Of a stretch of 11,942 nt of DNA, positions 1 through 7,836 are shown piece by piece; position 1 is the stretch's first letter, and the number at the start of each line of letters is the position of its first letter. The stretch is taken from NCBI GenBank assembly GCA_043810635.1, contig JBDRNY010000059.1, positions 1 to 11,942 of the forward strand, given 5' to 3'. The DNA comes from Candidatus Micrarchaeota archaeon (GTDB lineage: Archaea; Micrarchaeota; Micrarchaeia; Anstonellales; Anstonellaceae). Under the pieces are notes generated by a model. The model was given only the letters and a program-made list of their open reading frames with translations, did no database searches and was not told the DNA's origin. The position numbers were made by a program, and so were the translations under genes.

Positions 1-1056
1 GGGCCTGTTTCAGTAAAAAAGCAAATTTTGCGTGCCCAAACCAAGGAAATGATTACCCACAGGGGAAAGCAATACCAGGAATTATACCGCCCGATAATTG
101 AAGAATTGAAAAAAATGCTAAATGCAGAATCTGTGCACATCCTCACCGGCTCAGGCACTGCTGCAATTGAAGCAAACATCCAAAACGCCCTCCCAAATAA
201 CGGCAAAGCACTCGTATTATCAAATGGCGCATTTGGAGACAGGCTGTATGAGCATTGCAAATTATATTATGATACAAAATTTGAAAGATTAAAAGGTGCA
301 AAAGGGTGGGAATTACAAAATGCAAAGCAAATTATTGACAATGCAGCGCAGGAAGGCGTGCAATTGCTTGCAATAGTTCACCATGAAACCTCCCCAGGCA
401 TATTAAACAAATTTTCAGAAATTTGCAACTATGCAAAAAGCAAGGGAATGCTCACTTTAGTAGACGGCACTTCAGCATTTCCAGCATATCCCCTCAACCA
501 CAAGCAAGATTGCGTTGATTTCTATTCATTTGCTTCCCAAAAAGCGCTCGGCTGCCCCCCCGGCATTTCAATTGTTTCCCTTTCCCAGGATGCAATAAAT
601 GCAATTAATTCCTCTCCTGTAAGGTGCAATTATCTGAATTTGAAAGCATTTGAAAAAAAGCAAAATGAAAAATTTGAAAATCCAAACACACCCGCAATTT
701 CCCTAATTTATGCCCTCCACGAAGCCCTCTCCCTCCTCAAAAAAGAGGGGCATGAAAAATTTATGAAAAAGCACAAAAGATGGGCAAATTATGCAAGAAA
801 AGAAATTAAGAAAATGGGATTTGAAACATTTGTTGAAAAAAAATTCCAATCAAATACAATTATTCCCTTCTACACTTCCAAAAACAAGGAATTAAATTCG
901 CTTTTGCAAAAAAAATACGGGGTAAAATTAGGGGGCGGGCATGCTGATTGGAAAGAAACCTCTTTACGCTTTTGCATTATGGGCGATTTGAATATGGCAA
1001 AAATAAAAAAAGGATTGAAAGCTTTGGAAAATGCGAAAAAAGAGCTAAGCATCTAA
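1..1056 (+). CDS. Class V PLP-dependent aminotransferase (serine-pyruvate/alanine-glyoxylate family; probable archaeal-type phosphoserine aminotransferase), 5'-truncated by the window edge
   Basis: Frame is open from base 1 (GPVSVKKQILRAQ..., the tail of the family's N-terminal PGP motif), so the true start is upstream. Motifs: TGSGT, NGAFG, HHETSPG, VDGTS, SQKALGCPPG (PLP lysine), PNTP. Lies near serA. Confidence 0.9.
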   Translation, partial: GPVSVKKQILRAQTKEMITHRGKQYQELYRPIIEELKKMLNAESVHILTGSGTAAIEANIQNALPNNGKALVLSNGAFGDRLYEHCKLYYDTKFERLKGAKGWELQNAKQIIDNAAQEGVQLLAIVHHETSPGILNKFSEICNYAKSKGMLTLVDGTSAFPAYPLNHKQDCVDFYSFASQKALGCPPGISIVSLSQDAINAINSSPVRCNYLNLKAFEKKQNEKFENPNTPAISLIYALHEALSLLKKEGHEKFMKKHKRWANYARKEIKKMGFETFVEKKFQSNTIIPFYTSKNKELNSLLQKKYGVKLGGGHADWKETSLRFCIMGDLNMAKIKKGLKALENAKKELSI

Positions 1057-1063
1057 CTATACA

Positions 1064-1071
1064 TATATAAG
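1064..1071 (+). promoter_or_regulatory. Candidate archaeal TATA box for the gene at 1123
   Basis: TATATAAG at 1064-1071. Shine-Dalgarno GAGGTG at 1112-1117, 5 nt before ATG 1123. Confidence 0.45.
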
Positions 1072-1122
1072 CATATCTGAACACTGTTATATTAGTCAAT
1101 AGAATTTAATTGAGGTGCATTT

Positions 1123-1863
1123 ATGGGAAAAATAATCACTCTGGCAAAATACGGTAAACAAGGCATGACTGACATTGAGGGAGTCAATGCCGCCAATGCC
1201 AAGAGAGTCCAGATTCACTCCTTGTGCGAATTCAACCACCGCCTTCTTGAAACAAATACTTGGAAAAGTGAAAAAGACATCTATCCTGCCTATTCAAGCA
1301 AATGGATAATTTTAGAGGCAAAAGACAAAAAGATTGGCAAATCAGGAATTATTGAAAGAATTTATGATATTGACGGCATAAAGCGTGTTGCAGACTTGAA
1401 CGCCCTTGGGCTTTCACAATACATCGGAGAGAAAAACATCGCCTTCTTTGTTGACCAAAACCCAGACATCGGAAATAGAAAGCCAAACCTTGAGATAATC
1501 AAGGACGGGAACAATGCCATAGTGGTTGTTAATGACCTCAACACAATTGTTGCAATAGAGAACATGCCAAGGCACGGCGAGCAGATCTCCGCATACAATT
1601 ATGAGCGCCTGATCGGAGTTGCGCAAACAGATGACACTTACCTTAATTTCTATCTTTCAGATGATACCAACAATCGCCTGCTGACCCGCGGCTGCGTCGG
1701 CTGCATCTTCTACGTCGGGCACCTCGTCGACGGCGACTACAGGCCTGACCGTTTTGGGGTGCAGGGTAAATTGACAGAGGCGCCAGCGTCCGCCTCTGCG
1801 CAGACCGTGGCATTCCCGCAAGACCTCAAAGCGCTTAGGGCAGGTGCAGAAAAGGCATTGTAG
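1123..1863 (+). CDS. Hypothetical protein, probable DGR target with a C-terminal variable region; the TAG at 1861 may be premature (frame continues to TAA 1935)
   Basis: 246-aa ORF with a good SD. C-terminal segment LTRGCVGCIFYVGHLVDGDYRPDRFGV is encoded almost entirely by NNC codons and followed by a GC hairpin. Confidence 0.75.
   Translation: MGKIITLAKYGKQGMTDIEGVNAANAKRVQIHSLCEFNHRLLETNTWKSEKDIYPAYSSKWIILEAKDKKIGKSGIIERIYDIDGIKRVADLNALGLSQYIGEKNIAFFVDQNPDIGNRKPNLEIIKDGNNAIVVVNDLNTIVAIENMPRHGEQISAYNYERLIGVAQTDDTYLNFYLSDDTNNRLLTRGCVGCIFYVGHLVDGDYRPDRFGVQGKLTEAPASASAQTVAFPQDLKALRAGAEKAL
1684..1761 (+). other. Putative DGR variable region (VR) and adjacent IMH-like end
   Basis: 18 of 19 consecutive codons (1684-1740) end in C, in a window where third positions are mostly A/T. 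The segment ends in ...AGGCCTGACCGTTTTGGGGTG. Confidence 0.7.
1775..1798. repeat. Perfect inverted repeat (8-bp stem, 8-nt loop) downstream of the putative VR
   Basis: CAGAGGCG (1775-1782) and CGCCTCTG (1791-1798) flank the loop CCAGCGTC. Confidence 0.8.
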
Positions 1864-1940
1864 GAGCTTGGGAAAGAGGTGGAGCAGAGGCTTATCCTGC
1901 CAATCCGCGCCTACCTTGATGCCACAAAACAATAAATATC

Positions 1941-1960
1941 TTTTTTTCTTTTCTATCTTT
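1941..1960 (+). terminator. Candidate archaeal oligo-T terminator
   Basis: TTTTTTTCTTTTCTATCTTT starts 5 nt after the TAA at 1933-1935. Confidence 0.5.
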
Positions 1961-2032
1961 GCCCCAAGCAAAACTTGGAGCCACACGCCCCTATTTTTAT
2001 GTATTTATGTCCAAATTTATCTAGGTGTATTC

Positions 2033-2920
2033 ATGCCAAAAATTATAATTGCAGACAAGATGGAAAAAGAAGTTGTTGAAAAATTAAAACAAATAGGCGA
2101 GGTGGAGTTCCAGCCCTCAAGCCTGCAGGCGGCGCTAAAAAGTGCAGATGTGCTAATTGTAAGAAGCGCAACGAAAGTTACAAAAGAATTAATTTCAAAT
2201 GCAAATAATTTGAAAATTGTTGCGCGCGCGGGCGTGGGAACAGATAATATTGACAAAGAAGCATGCAAGTCAAAAAAAATAAAAGTAATCAACACTCCGG
2301 ACGCATCTACAAATGCTGTTGCAGAATTAGCAATTGGCATGATGATTGGCATTATGCGAAAAACAGGCACAATGCATGAAAAAATGAAAAACAACACCTG
2401 GGCAAAAAAAGAAGGGGTAGGGAATGAAATTCAAGGGAAGACATTGGGCATAATTGGCATGGGAAGGATTGGGCATTCAGTTGCAAAAAAAGCATCCTCC
2501 TTAGGAATGAATGTAATATATTATGACCATAAGAAAAAAGAAGTTGAATTTCAATATTTCCCCTCTATTGATGAAATGCTTCCAAATGCTGACATAATTT
2601 CTTTGCATGCATCAGCTTCAGAAGATTCTCCCCCCCTTATTTCAACAAAACAATTTTCAAAAATAAAAAAAGGCGCATTTTTAATAAATACAGCGCGAGG
2701 CTCCCTCATCGATGAGGATGCTTTAGTAGAAGCATTAAACAGCGGAAAATTAGGGGGCGCGGCAATAGATGTATATTCCCGCGAGCCTTACATAAACGGT
2801 TCCCTTACCCGGCTTGACAATATTCTCCTCACCCCTCATATAGGCGCATCCACTAAAGAGGCACAATTAAGAATAGGGGACGATTTAATAGCACAATTGC
2901 GAAAGGAATTGGGTGTATAG
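2033..2920 (+). CDS. serA: D-3-phosphoglycerate dehydrogenase-like D-2-hydroxyacid dehydrogenase (short form, no ACT domain)
   Basis: Start moved to ATG 2033 (MPKIIIAD; SD AGGTG at 2023-2027), giving 295 aa. Motifs: VRSATKV, RAGVGTDNID, GIIGMGRIG (NAD binding), INTARG, DVYSREP, TPHIGAST. Context of aminotransferase and serS. Confidence 0.85.
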   Translation: MPKIIIADKMEKEVVEKLKQIGEVEFQPSSLQAALKSADVLIVRSATKVTKELISNANNLKIVARAGVGTDNIDKEACKSKKIKVINTPDASTNAVAELAIGMMIGIMRKTGTMHEKMKNNTWAKKEGVGNEIQGKTLGIIGMGRIGHSVAKKASSLGMNVIYYDHKKKEVEFQYFPSIDEMLPNADIISLHASASEDSPPLISTKQFSKIKKGAFLINTARGSLIDEDALVEALNSGKLGGAAIDVYSREPYINGSLTRLDNILLTPHIGASTKEAQLRIGDDLIAQLRKELGV

Positions 2921-4183
2921 ATGCTGGATTTGAAAAAAATAAGGGAAGATTCCACCCCGTTTATCAAGGCAATGAAGGCAAGGTACGCTCCGACAAATCA
3001 AATTGAGGAAATATTAAAATTCGACAAGAAATGGAGAAAATTAAAAAAAGAAACAGATGAGTTAAAGCATGAAAGAAACACTATTTCAATGAAAATTAAT
3101 GAGGCAAAAAAAGAAGGCAAAAGCATCCAGCAAATAATTCTAAAAACAAAAAAAATTGCAAATGATATAAAAGCAAATGACGAAATGCTTTCGGTGCTTG
3201 AGCAAAAAATGCATTTAATCCTTTTTTCAGTTCCAAACATTCCAGATGCATCCGCCCCTGTGGGAAAAGAGGAAAATTCAAATAAAGAAGTGAGGAAATG
3301 GGGGGAGATGAAAAAGAAAAGCGGGGATATAATACCCCACTATGATTTGGGCCCTGTTTTGAAAATGATGGATTTTGAAAGGGGCGCAAAATTAGCCGGC
3401 TCCCGCTTTACTGTTTTATACGGGCAATTGGCAAAACTGGAAAGGGCTCTTGCATATTACATGCTTGAAAAAGCGAATGAAAACAAATATTTGGAAGTTT
3501 CCGTCCCATTATTGGCAAATTCAAAAACAATGACAGGCACAGGCCAGCTTCCAAAATTTGAATCAGAATTATACAAATTGCAAGATACTGACTTTTGGCT
3601 TATTCCGACAAGCGAAGTGCCTTTGGTAAATTTGCATGCAGGGGAAATATTGGAAGAATCCATACTTCCCCTAAGCTATTGCTCATTTTCCCCGAATTTC
3701 AGGAAAGAAGCCGGCAATTACCAGAAAGATATTAAGGGAATGATACGCCAGCACCAATTCTATAAAATAGAATTGGTAAAATTCACCCTTCCTGAAAATT
3801 CAGATGATGCGCTTGAGCAAATGGTAAAACATGCTGAAAGCGTAATGCAAGGGCTTTCCCTTCCATACAAAGTGATGCAATTATGCACAGGGGAAATGGG
3901 ATTTGCAGCTTCCAAAGCTTATGATATTGAAGCATGGCTTCCTTCCCAAAACAAATACCGGGAAATTTCCTCAATATCAAATTGCACAGATTTTCAGGCG
4001 AGGAGGGCTAACATAAAATTCAGAAGAGAAGGAAAAAATGAATTTGTGCACACATTAAACGGCACAGGCGTGGCAATAGGCAGGGCAATGGTTGCATTAA
4101 TGGAAAATTTCCAGGATGAGAGCGGAATTGACATTCCAAAGCCATTGAGAGACTTTATGCAAACTGAGAGAATTGAATTTTAG
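2921..4183 (+). CDS. serS: Seryl-tRNA synthetase (standard/bacterial type)
   Basis: MLDLKKIR start, N-terminal coiled coil, TGQLPKF, LIPTSEVPL, motif 2 FRKEAG...GMIRQHQF, YREISSISNCTDFQARR, motif 3 HTLNGTGVAIGR. Confidence 0.98.
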   Translation: MLDLKKIREDSTPFIKAMKARYAPTNQIEEILKFDKKWRKLKKETDELKHERNTISMKINEAKKEGKSIQQIILKTKKIANDIKANDEMLSVLEQKMHLILFSVPNIPDASAPVGKEENSNKEVRKWGEMKKKSGDIIPHYDLGPVLKMMDFERGAKLAGSRFTVLYGQLAKLERALAYYMLEKANENKYLEVSVPLLANSKTMTGTGQLPKFESELYKLQDTDFWLIPTSEVPLVNLHAGEILEESILPLSYCSFSPNFRKEAGNYQKDIKGMIRQHQFYKIELVKFTLPENSDDALEQMVKHAESVMQGLSLPYKVMQLCTGEMGFAASKAYDIEAWLPSQNKYREISSISNCTDFQARRANIKFRREGKNEFVHTLNGTGVAIGRAMVALMENFQDESGIDIPKPLRDFMQTERIEF

Positions 4184-4189
4184 AGAAGT

Positions 4190-4660
4190 TTATACTCCTG
4201 GCTCATGCTCCTCCTCTTCCCCTGGCTTGTAAGAATACACTTCTTCCCCTTCAATAGGCCTGTAATTAAACCTTGACGCCGCCACTTTTGCAAATATTTT
4301 CATTGTAACAACAACAAATGTCAAGCCCATAAATACAATTAATTTGAAATCATGGTCTCCGCTCAAATACAAATACACTCCGAGCAAAATAGGCGGAGTA
4401 TATCCAATTGCAGCCAAATTTGCAATTTCCTCTATCAGCCCTTCCTCGCTGGTGTAATGCAGATGCTCCTTCATCTTCTTTTTCCTTAATTTCGGCAATA
4501 TCCCTTCATTTGAAATTACCAGCACCAGGCCAAGCACAAATAAAATAAGCCCCAAATCAAAATTTCCATACATCATCACAAGGGCGCCCAATATAACCAA
4601 AAGGCCCATTGTGATTGAAAATACAATCGAAATTATACTTATCAGTTTTCTTCTGCCCAT
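4190..4660 (-). CDS. Hypothetical membrane protein (about 4 TM segments, acidic C-terminus)
   Basis: 156-aa ORF with four hydrophobic stretches. It fits the gap between serS (convergent) and the divergent gene at 4717. Confidence 0.75.
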   Translation of the reverse strand: MGRRKLISIISIVFSITMGLLVILGALVMMYGNFDLGLILFVLGLVLVISNEGILPKLRKKKMKEHLHYTSEEGLIEEIANLAAIGYTPPILLGVYLYLSGDHDFKLIVFMGLTFVVVTMKIFAKVAASRFNYRPIEGEEVYSYKPGEEEEHEPGV

Positions 4661-4716
4661 GCCAGTACTATTCTCACATGATTAAAAAACCTAACGCCTC
4701 TATATTTTTGGTTAAA

Positions 4717-5535
4717 ATGCTGGCAGACGAAATACTATCCAGGCTGGAAATCCTCCCGCTGGAAAATCTCAAGATGCACGAGCAGGTTATACCCGAAAAC
4801 CTCGATGCATTGCGCGAGAAAATGCTCAATCTGGGCAGGCTGGTAGACCCTCTTATTGTAGACAATAAAAACCACATAGTTTTGGACGGAAACCACCGAA
4901 AGCAGGTATTGGAAATACTGAAGGCAGACAATGCAGTATGCCAGATGGTGGATTATTCCTCCCCCGAGATAAAAATAGGCGGATGGCACATAGCAACAAA
5001 CAAAATAAATCCAGAAGATGTGGAAGGCGAGAAAACAGACAAGGCAACAGGCATAAAAGCATTGCAAAAAATGGACGCATCATTCATGCTTATTTCCAAA
5101 AAAGGGAAAAAAGAGGAATGTACCCTCATCCCCTCACCAAAAAAGGATTTGCATGCAATAGCAAAAAGCCAGGACGAATTTCTCAAAAATTTGTTTGGAA
5201 TAGAAAATTCCCTCACTGAAAACAACCACAACGGGCATATAATATTTATAGAAGACAGCAGGCTAGAGTATTTCCTTAAAAACGGGTATTCTGTTTTTAC
5301 AAGAAGAATATTTACAAAAAAAGAAGTTGTAAAAGAAGCTTCTGCAGGAAGGCCCCTCCCCCCGAAATCCACCCGCCACATGATACCAAACAGAATAGTG
5401 CGCCTCAACTTCCGCCTGGGATATTTGAACGAAACACCTGCCAATGCGCAAATCCTTTTAAGGGAAATGGTGAAAAAGAGAGTGAAGTACGGGTCGGCAA
5501 GGTATTATACCGAGCCTGTAATTGTATTATATTAA
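4717..5535 (+). CDS. serK: ParB/Sulfiredoxin-fold protein, probable free-serine kinase (SerK-like)
   Basis: Start moved to ATG 4717 (MLADEIL), giving 272 aa. HEQ, DPLIV, LDGNHR, VDY...W and TKKEV...GRPLPPKSTRH match the motif order I recall for Thermococcales SerK (HEQ, DGHHR, DY..W, TKEEV...PKTTRH). Lies next to serine genes. Confidence 0.7.
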   Translation: MLADEILSRLEILPLENLKMHEQVIPENLDALREKMLNLGRLVDPLIVDNKNHIVLDGNHRKQVLEILKADNAVCQMVDYSSPEIKIGGWHIATNKINPEDVEGEKTDKATGIKALQKMDASFMLISKKGKKEECTLIPSPKKDLHAIAKSQDEFLKNLFGIENSLTENNHNGHIIFIEDSRLEYFLKNGYSVFTRRIFTKKEVVKEASAGRPLPPKSTRHMIPNRIVRLNFRLGYLNETPANAQILLREMVKKRVKYGSARYYTEPVIVLY

Positions 5536-5544
5536 GGTGGAAAG

Positions 5545-6114
5545 ATGTTTGAAATGTTCTCATTAACAATTAAAAAAATAATTTATGGAATCATTTTCTC
5601 AATAGGAGCTTACATAATAGCCTCGGTTATAGGCATGGGCTCCCTCTGGACCCAGATTTTTGTACTCTCTTTCTGGGCAGGCATGCTTTTCCCTGATTTT
5701 GATGTTTTTGCAGGATTTTTGAAAAATATTGCAAATGCTGTATTTGTGGCATTAGTTGTGTTTGCAATAATAGCATTTCTTATTTTCCCGCACGCAAGCT
5801 CTACAGCAGGCTTTTGCTCAGATTCAAGCATTTATTCAATATTCGGAATTTCCGGAGCCGGCACTTATTGCAATATTGCCCTCACCATCATATTTTTGTT
5901 AATAGCATTTTTCATACTCCGCCTCCTCGTCGGCTGGCTTCCGTACAAAGGCTCATTCCATTCCTGGCCTGTGGCATTTGTATTAACAGTTTTATCCGCC
6001 CTCCTAGTCAGGTTTTTCATTCCCTGCCTGGAACCATGCCCTATATTTATCGGAGTGGGAATAGGCTACGCCCTCCACCTAATTATTGACGGAGTAAAAG
6101 GGGCGGGCAGGTAG
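5545..6114 (+). CDS. Membrane-bound metal-dependent hydrolase-like protein (YdjM/YbcI-like)
   Basis: Multiple TM helices with motifs FPDFD, GSFHS and GYALHLIID. SD AGGTGG just before ATG 5545. Confidence 0.65.
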   Translation: MFEMFSLTIKKIIYGIIFSIGAYIIASVIGMGSLWTQIFVLSFWAGMLFPDFDVFAGFLKNIANAVFVALVVFAIIAFLIFPHASSTAGFCSDSSIYSIFGISGAGTYCNIALTIIFLLIAFFILRLLVGWLPYKGSFHSWPVAFVLTVLSALLVRFFIPCLEPCPIFIGVGIGYALHLIIDGVKGAGR

Positions 6115-6145
6115 GTCTTTTTAACCTCAAAATCCGTTAATAATA

Positions 6146-6207
6146 TGCTATGATGACACCGCTCCAGAATGAGATTTTTCAATGATTACCGGAGTAGCTT
6201 CTGAGCA
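6146..6207 (+). ncRNA. Box C/D methylation-guide sRNA (double guide; predicted 23S rRNA targets)
   Basis: C box ATGATGA 6150-6156; 12-nt guide CACCGCTCCAGA; D' ATGA 6169-6172; C' ATGATTA 6182-6188; 12-nt guide CCGGAGTAGCTT; D box CTGA 6201-6204; terminal TGC/GCA pairing. Both guides are complementary to conserved 23S segments. Confidence 0.9.
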
Positions 6208-6244
6208 AAAAATTCATCTAATGATGTTAACAGGTCTTTTTCTT

Positions 6245-6952
6245 ATGTCTGAATTCCAACTCATGTTTGCCCCTATGGAAAAAATAGCTGATGCCAAATT
6301 GCGCACCCTCTGCCACCAGAATGGCGCGGATTTGACTTTTACTGAGATAGCCAGAGTGGCAAATCTTGCTAGGGGGAAAAAAAGGGAGCTTGAGAAAATA
6401 AAACTGGTGGATGATACGCCCACGCAAATCCAGCTGGCAGGTGCAAAAATAGAAGATTATTCAAAATTCCTCTCCCGCTTCGAGCCAAAGAGCGGATTTA
6501 GGGGTTTTAACCTAAACCTAAGCTGCTCCTCCCCAGCATTCATTAGCCAGGGCATCGGCGCATCCATGGTAAAGCGGGTGGCGCGCACCCGCGAAATTGC
6601 CAAACTTATCCAAGATTCAGGTTTTAAGTGCTCAATAAAGCTTCGTTTGGGAAAGAATGAATATGAGAAAGGGCATGAAGCCTATCTCAATCTCATTAAC
6701 AATGTTGGGGCATCCTTCTTTGTGGTGCATGCCCGCACCGCCGAGCAAACCCTTGAGGATCCGGCAGATTTCTCAGTCTATGAAAGATGTGCGGAAACTG
6801 GAAAACATATTGTCGCAAACGGGGATATTAAAACAAGGGCGCAGATTCTCTCGCTTGAGAAAATTGGCTTGTATGGCGCCATGATTGGGCGTGCGGCTGT
6901 GAAAAATCCAAAAATATTCAAAGAGCTTAGGGGCAGCTCTGGGAAAAAATAG
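6245..6952 (+). CDS. dus: tRNA-dihydrouridine synthase family protein (TIM barrel only)
   Basis: Start moved to ATG 6245 (MSEFQLMFAPM), clear of the sRNA, giving 235 aa. Motifs: APM, QLAG, NLNLSC (catalytic Cys), KLRLG, VHART, VANGDI, MIGRAA. Confidence 0.85.
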   Translation: MSEFQLMFAPMEKIADAKLRTLCHQNGADLTFTEIARVANLARGKKRELEKIKLVDDTPTQIQLAGAKIEDYSKFLSRFEPKSGFRGFNLNLSCSSPAFISQGIGASMVKRVARTREIAKLIQDSGFKCSIKLRLGKNEYEKGHEAYLNLINNVGASFFVVHARTAEQTLEDPADFSVYERCAETGKHIVANGDIKTRAQILSLEKIGLYGAMIGRAAVKNPKIFKELRGSSGKK

Positions 6953-6960
6953 AAAAAATC

Positions 6961-7836
6961 CTATTCATATTTTTCCAATACTTCACTCACATCTATATTA
7001 TCTATTTTCTTTTTCACAAGAGGTTCATTTTTCAATTGAGGCAACCCATCTTCATAAGTAGGCATATTTACTTTGTAAAACAACCCAACAGGTATTCTTT
7101 CCCCCCACTCTTGCGCTTTTGCAAGCGCAGCAACTTTATCTGTTACATCATGCCCTTCTTCTTTTAATTTATAGCATTTATTTTTGAAATATTCAAATGT
7201 ATTTATTTTATTCCAGGTAATGCACGGCTGCATTACATCAATCAATGCAAACCCCTTGTGTGCAATGCCTTCTTTTATCAATCTTGTAAGATGCACCAAA
7301 TCCCCTGAAAATCCGCGGGCAACATAAGTGGCGCCCATAATTATTCCCAATGCAATAGGATTTACCGGCACTTCCAGCACCCCCTCGGGAGTGCTTTTGC
7401 TCTTAAATCCTTGGTCAGATGTTGGCGAAGTCTGCCCTGTAGTCAATCCATAAATTTGATTATTATGGGTAATATAATTCATATCATAATTTCTTCTGCA
7501 TGCATGCACAAAATGGTTTGTGCCAATGCCATAGCCGTCCCCGTCCCCTCCAACAGCAATTACATTTAATTTATGGTTTGCCAATTTTATCCCTGATGCA
7601 GCCACAACCCCTCTTCCGTGTATTGATTCAAACCCATATGTATTGATAAAATGGGGCAATTTGCTTGAGCAGCCGATGCCTGACGCAACAACAGTTTCAT
7701 GAGGCTCCAAATTCAATTCCACAATTGCTTTTTTCAATGCAGCAAGTATGGAAAAATTCCCGCACCCCGGGCACCATGTTATTGCATGGCGCGGCTCTTC
7801 CAAATCTTTTAAGCAAACCATTTTCTCACTTTCCAA
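6961..7836 (-). CDS. korB: 2-oxoacid:ferredoxin oxidoreductase, beta subunit (TPP-binding)
   Basis: WCPGCG, SGIGCS, HGRG, GGDGDG...HNNQIYGLTTGQTSPT, QPCITWN. Overlaps the alpha gene by 11 bp. Confidence 0.95.
   Translation of the reverse strand: MESEKMVCLKDLEEPRHAITWCPGCGNFSILAALKKAIVELNLEPHETVVASGIGCSSKLPHFINTYGFESIHGRGVVAASGIKLANHKLNVIAVGGDGDGYGIGTNHFVHACRRNYDMNYITHNNQIYGLTTGQTSPTSDQGFKSKSTPEGVLEVPVNPIALGIIMGATYVARGFSGDLVHLTRLIKEGIAHKGFALIDVMQPCITWNKINTFEYFKNKCYKLKEEGHDVTDKVAALAKAQEWGERIPVGLFYKVNMPTYEDGLPQLKNEPLVKKKIDNIDVSEVLEKYE

Noticed and set aside
1844..2032. 63-aa N-terminal extension of serA in the ORF track
   Set aside because: It overlaps the upstream gene and its terminator. Homology and an SD point to ATG 2033.
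2918..2923. serA TAG directly followed in frame by the serS ATG (possible read-through fusion or genome-wide amber recoding)
   Set aside because: serS has its own SD-like GGGTG. serS, dus and korB all end in TAG at expected lengths, and read-through would run into convergent genes, so TAG is a normal stop here.
4615..4716. Upstream extension of the SerK-like ORF
   Set aside because: It overlaps the divergent gene and the shared promoter gap. ATG 4717 fits the domain start.
6182..6244. N-terminal extension of dus
   Set aside because: Its ATG is part of the C' box of the sRNA. The Dus APM motif fits a start at 6245.
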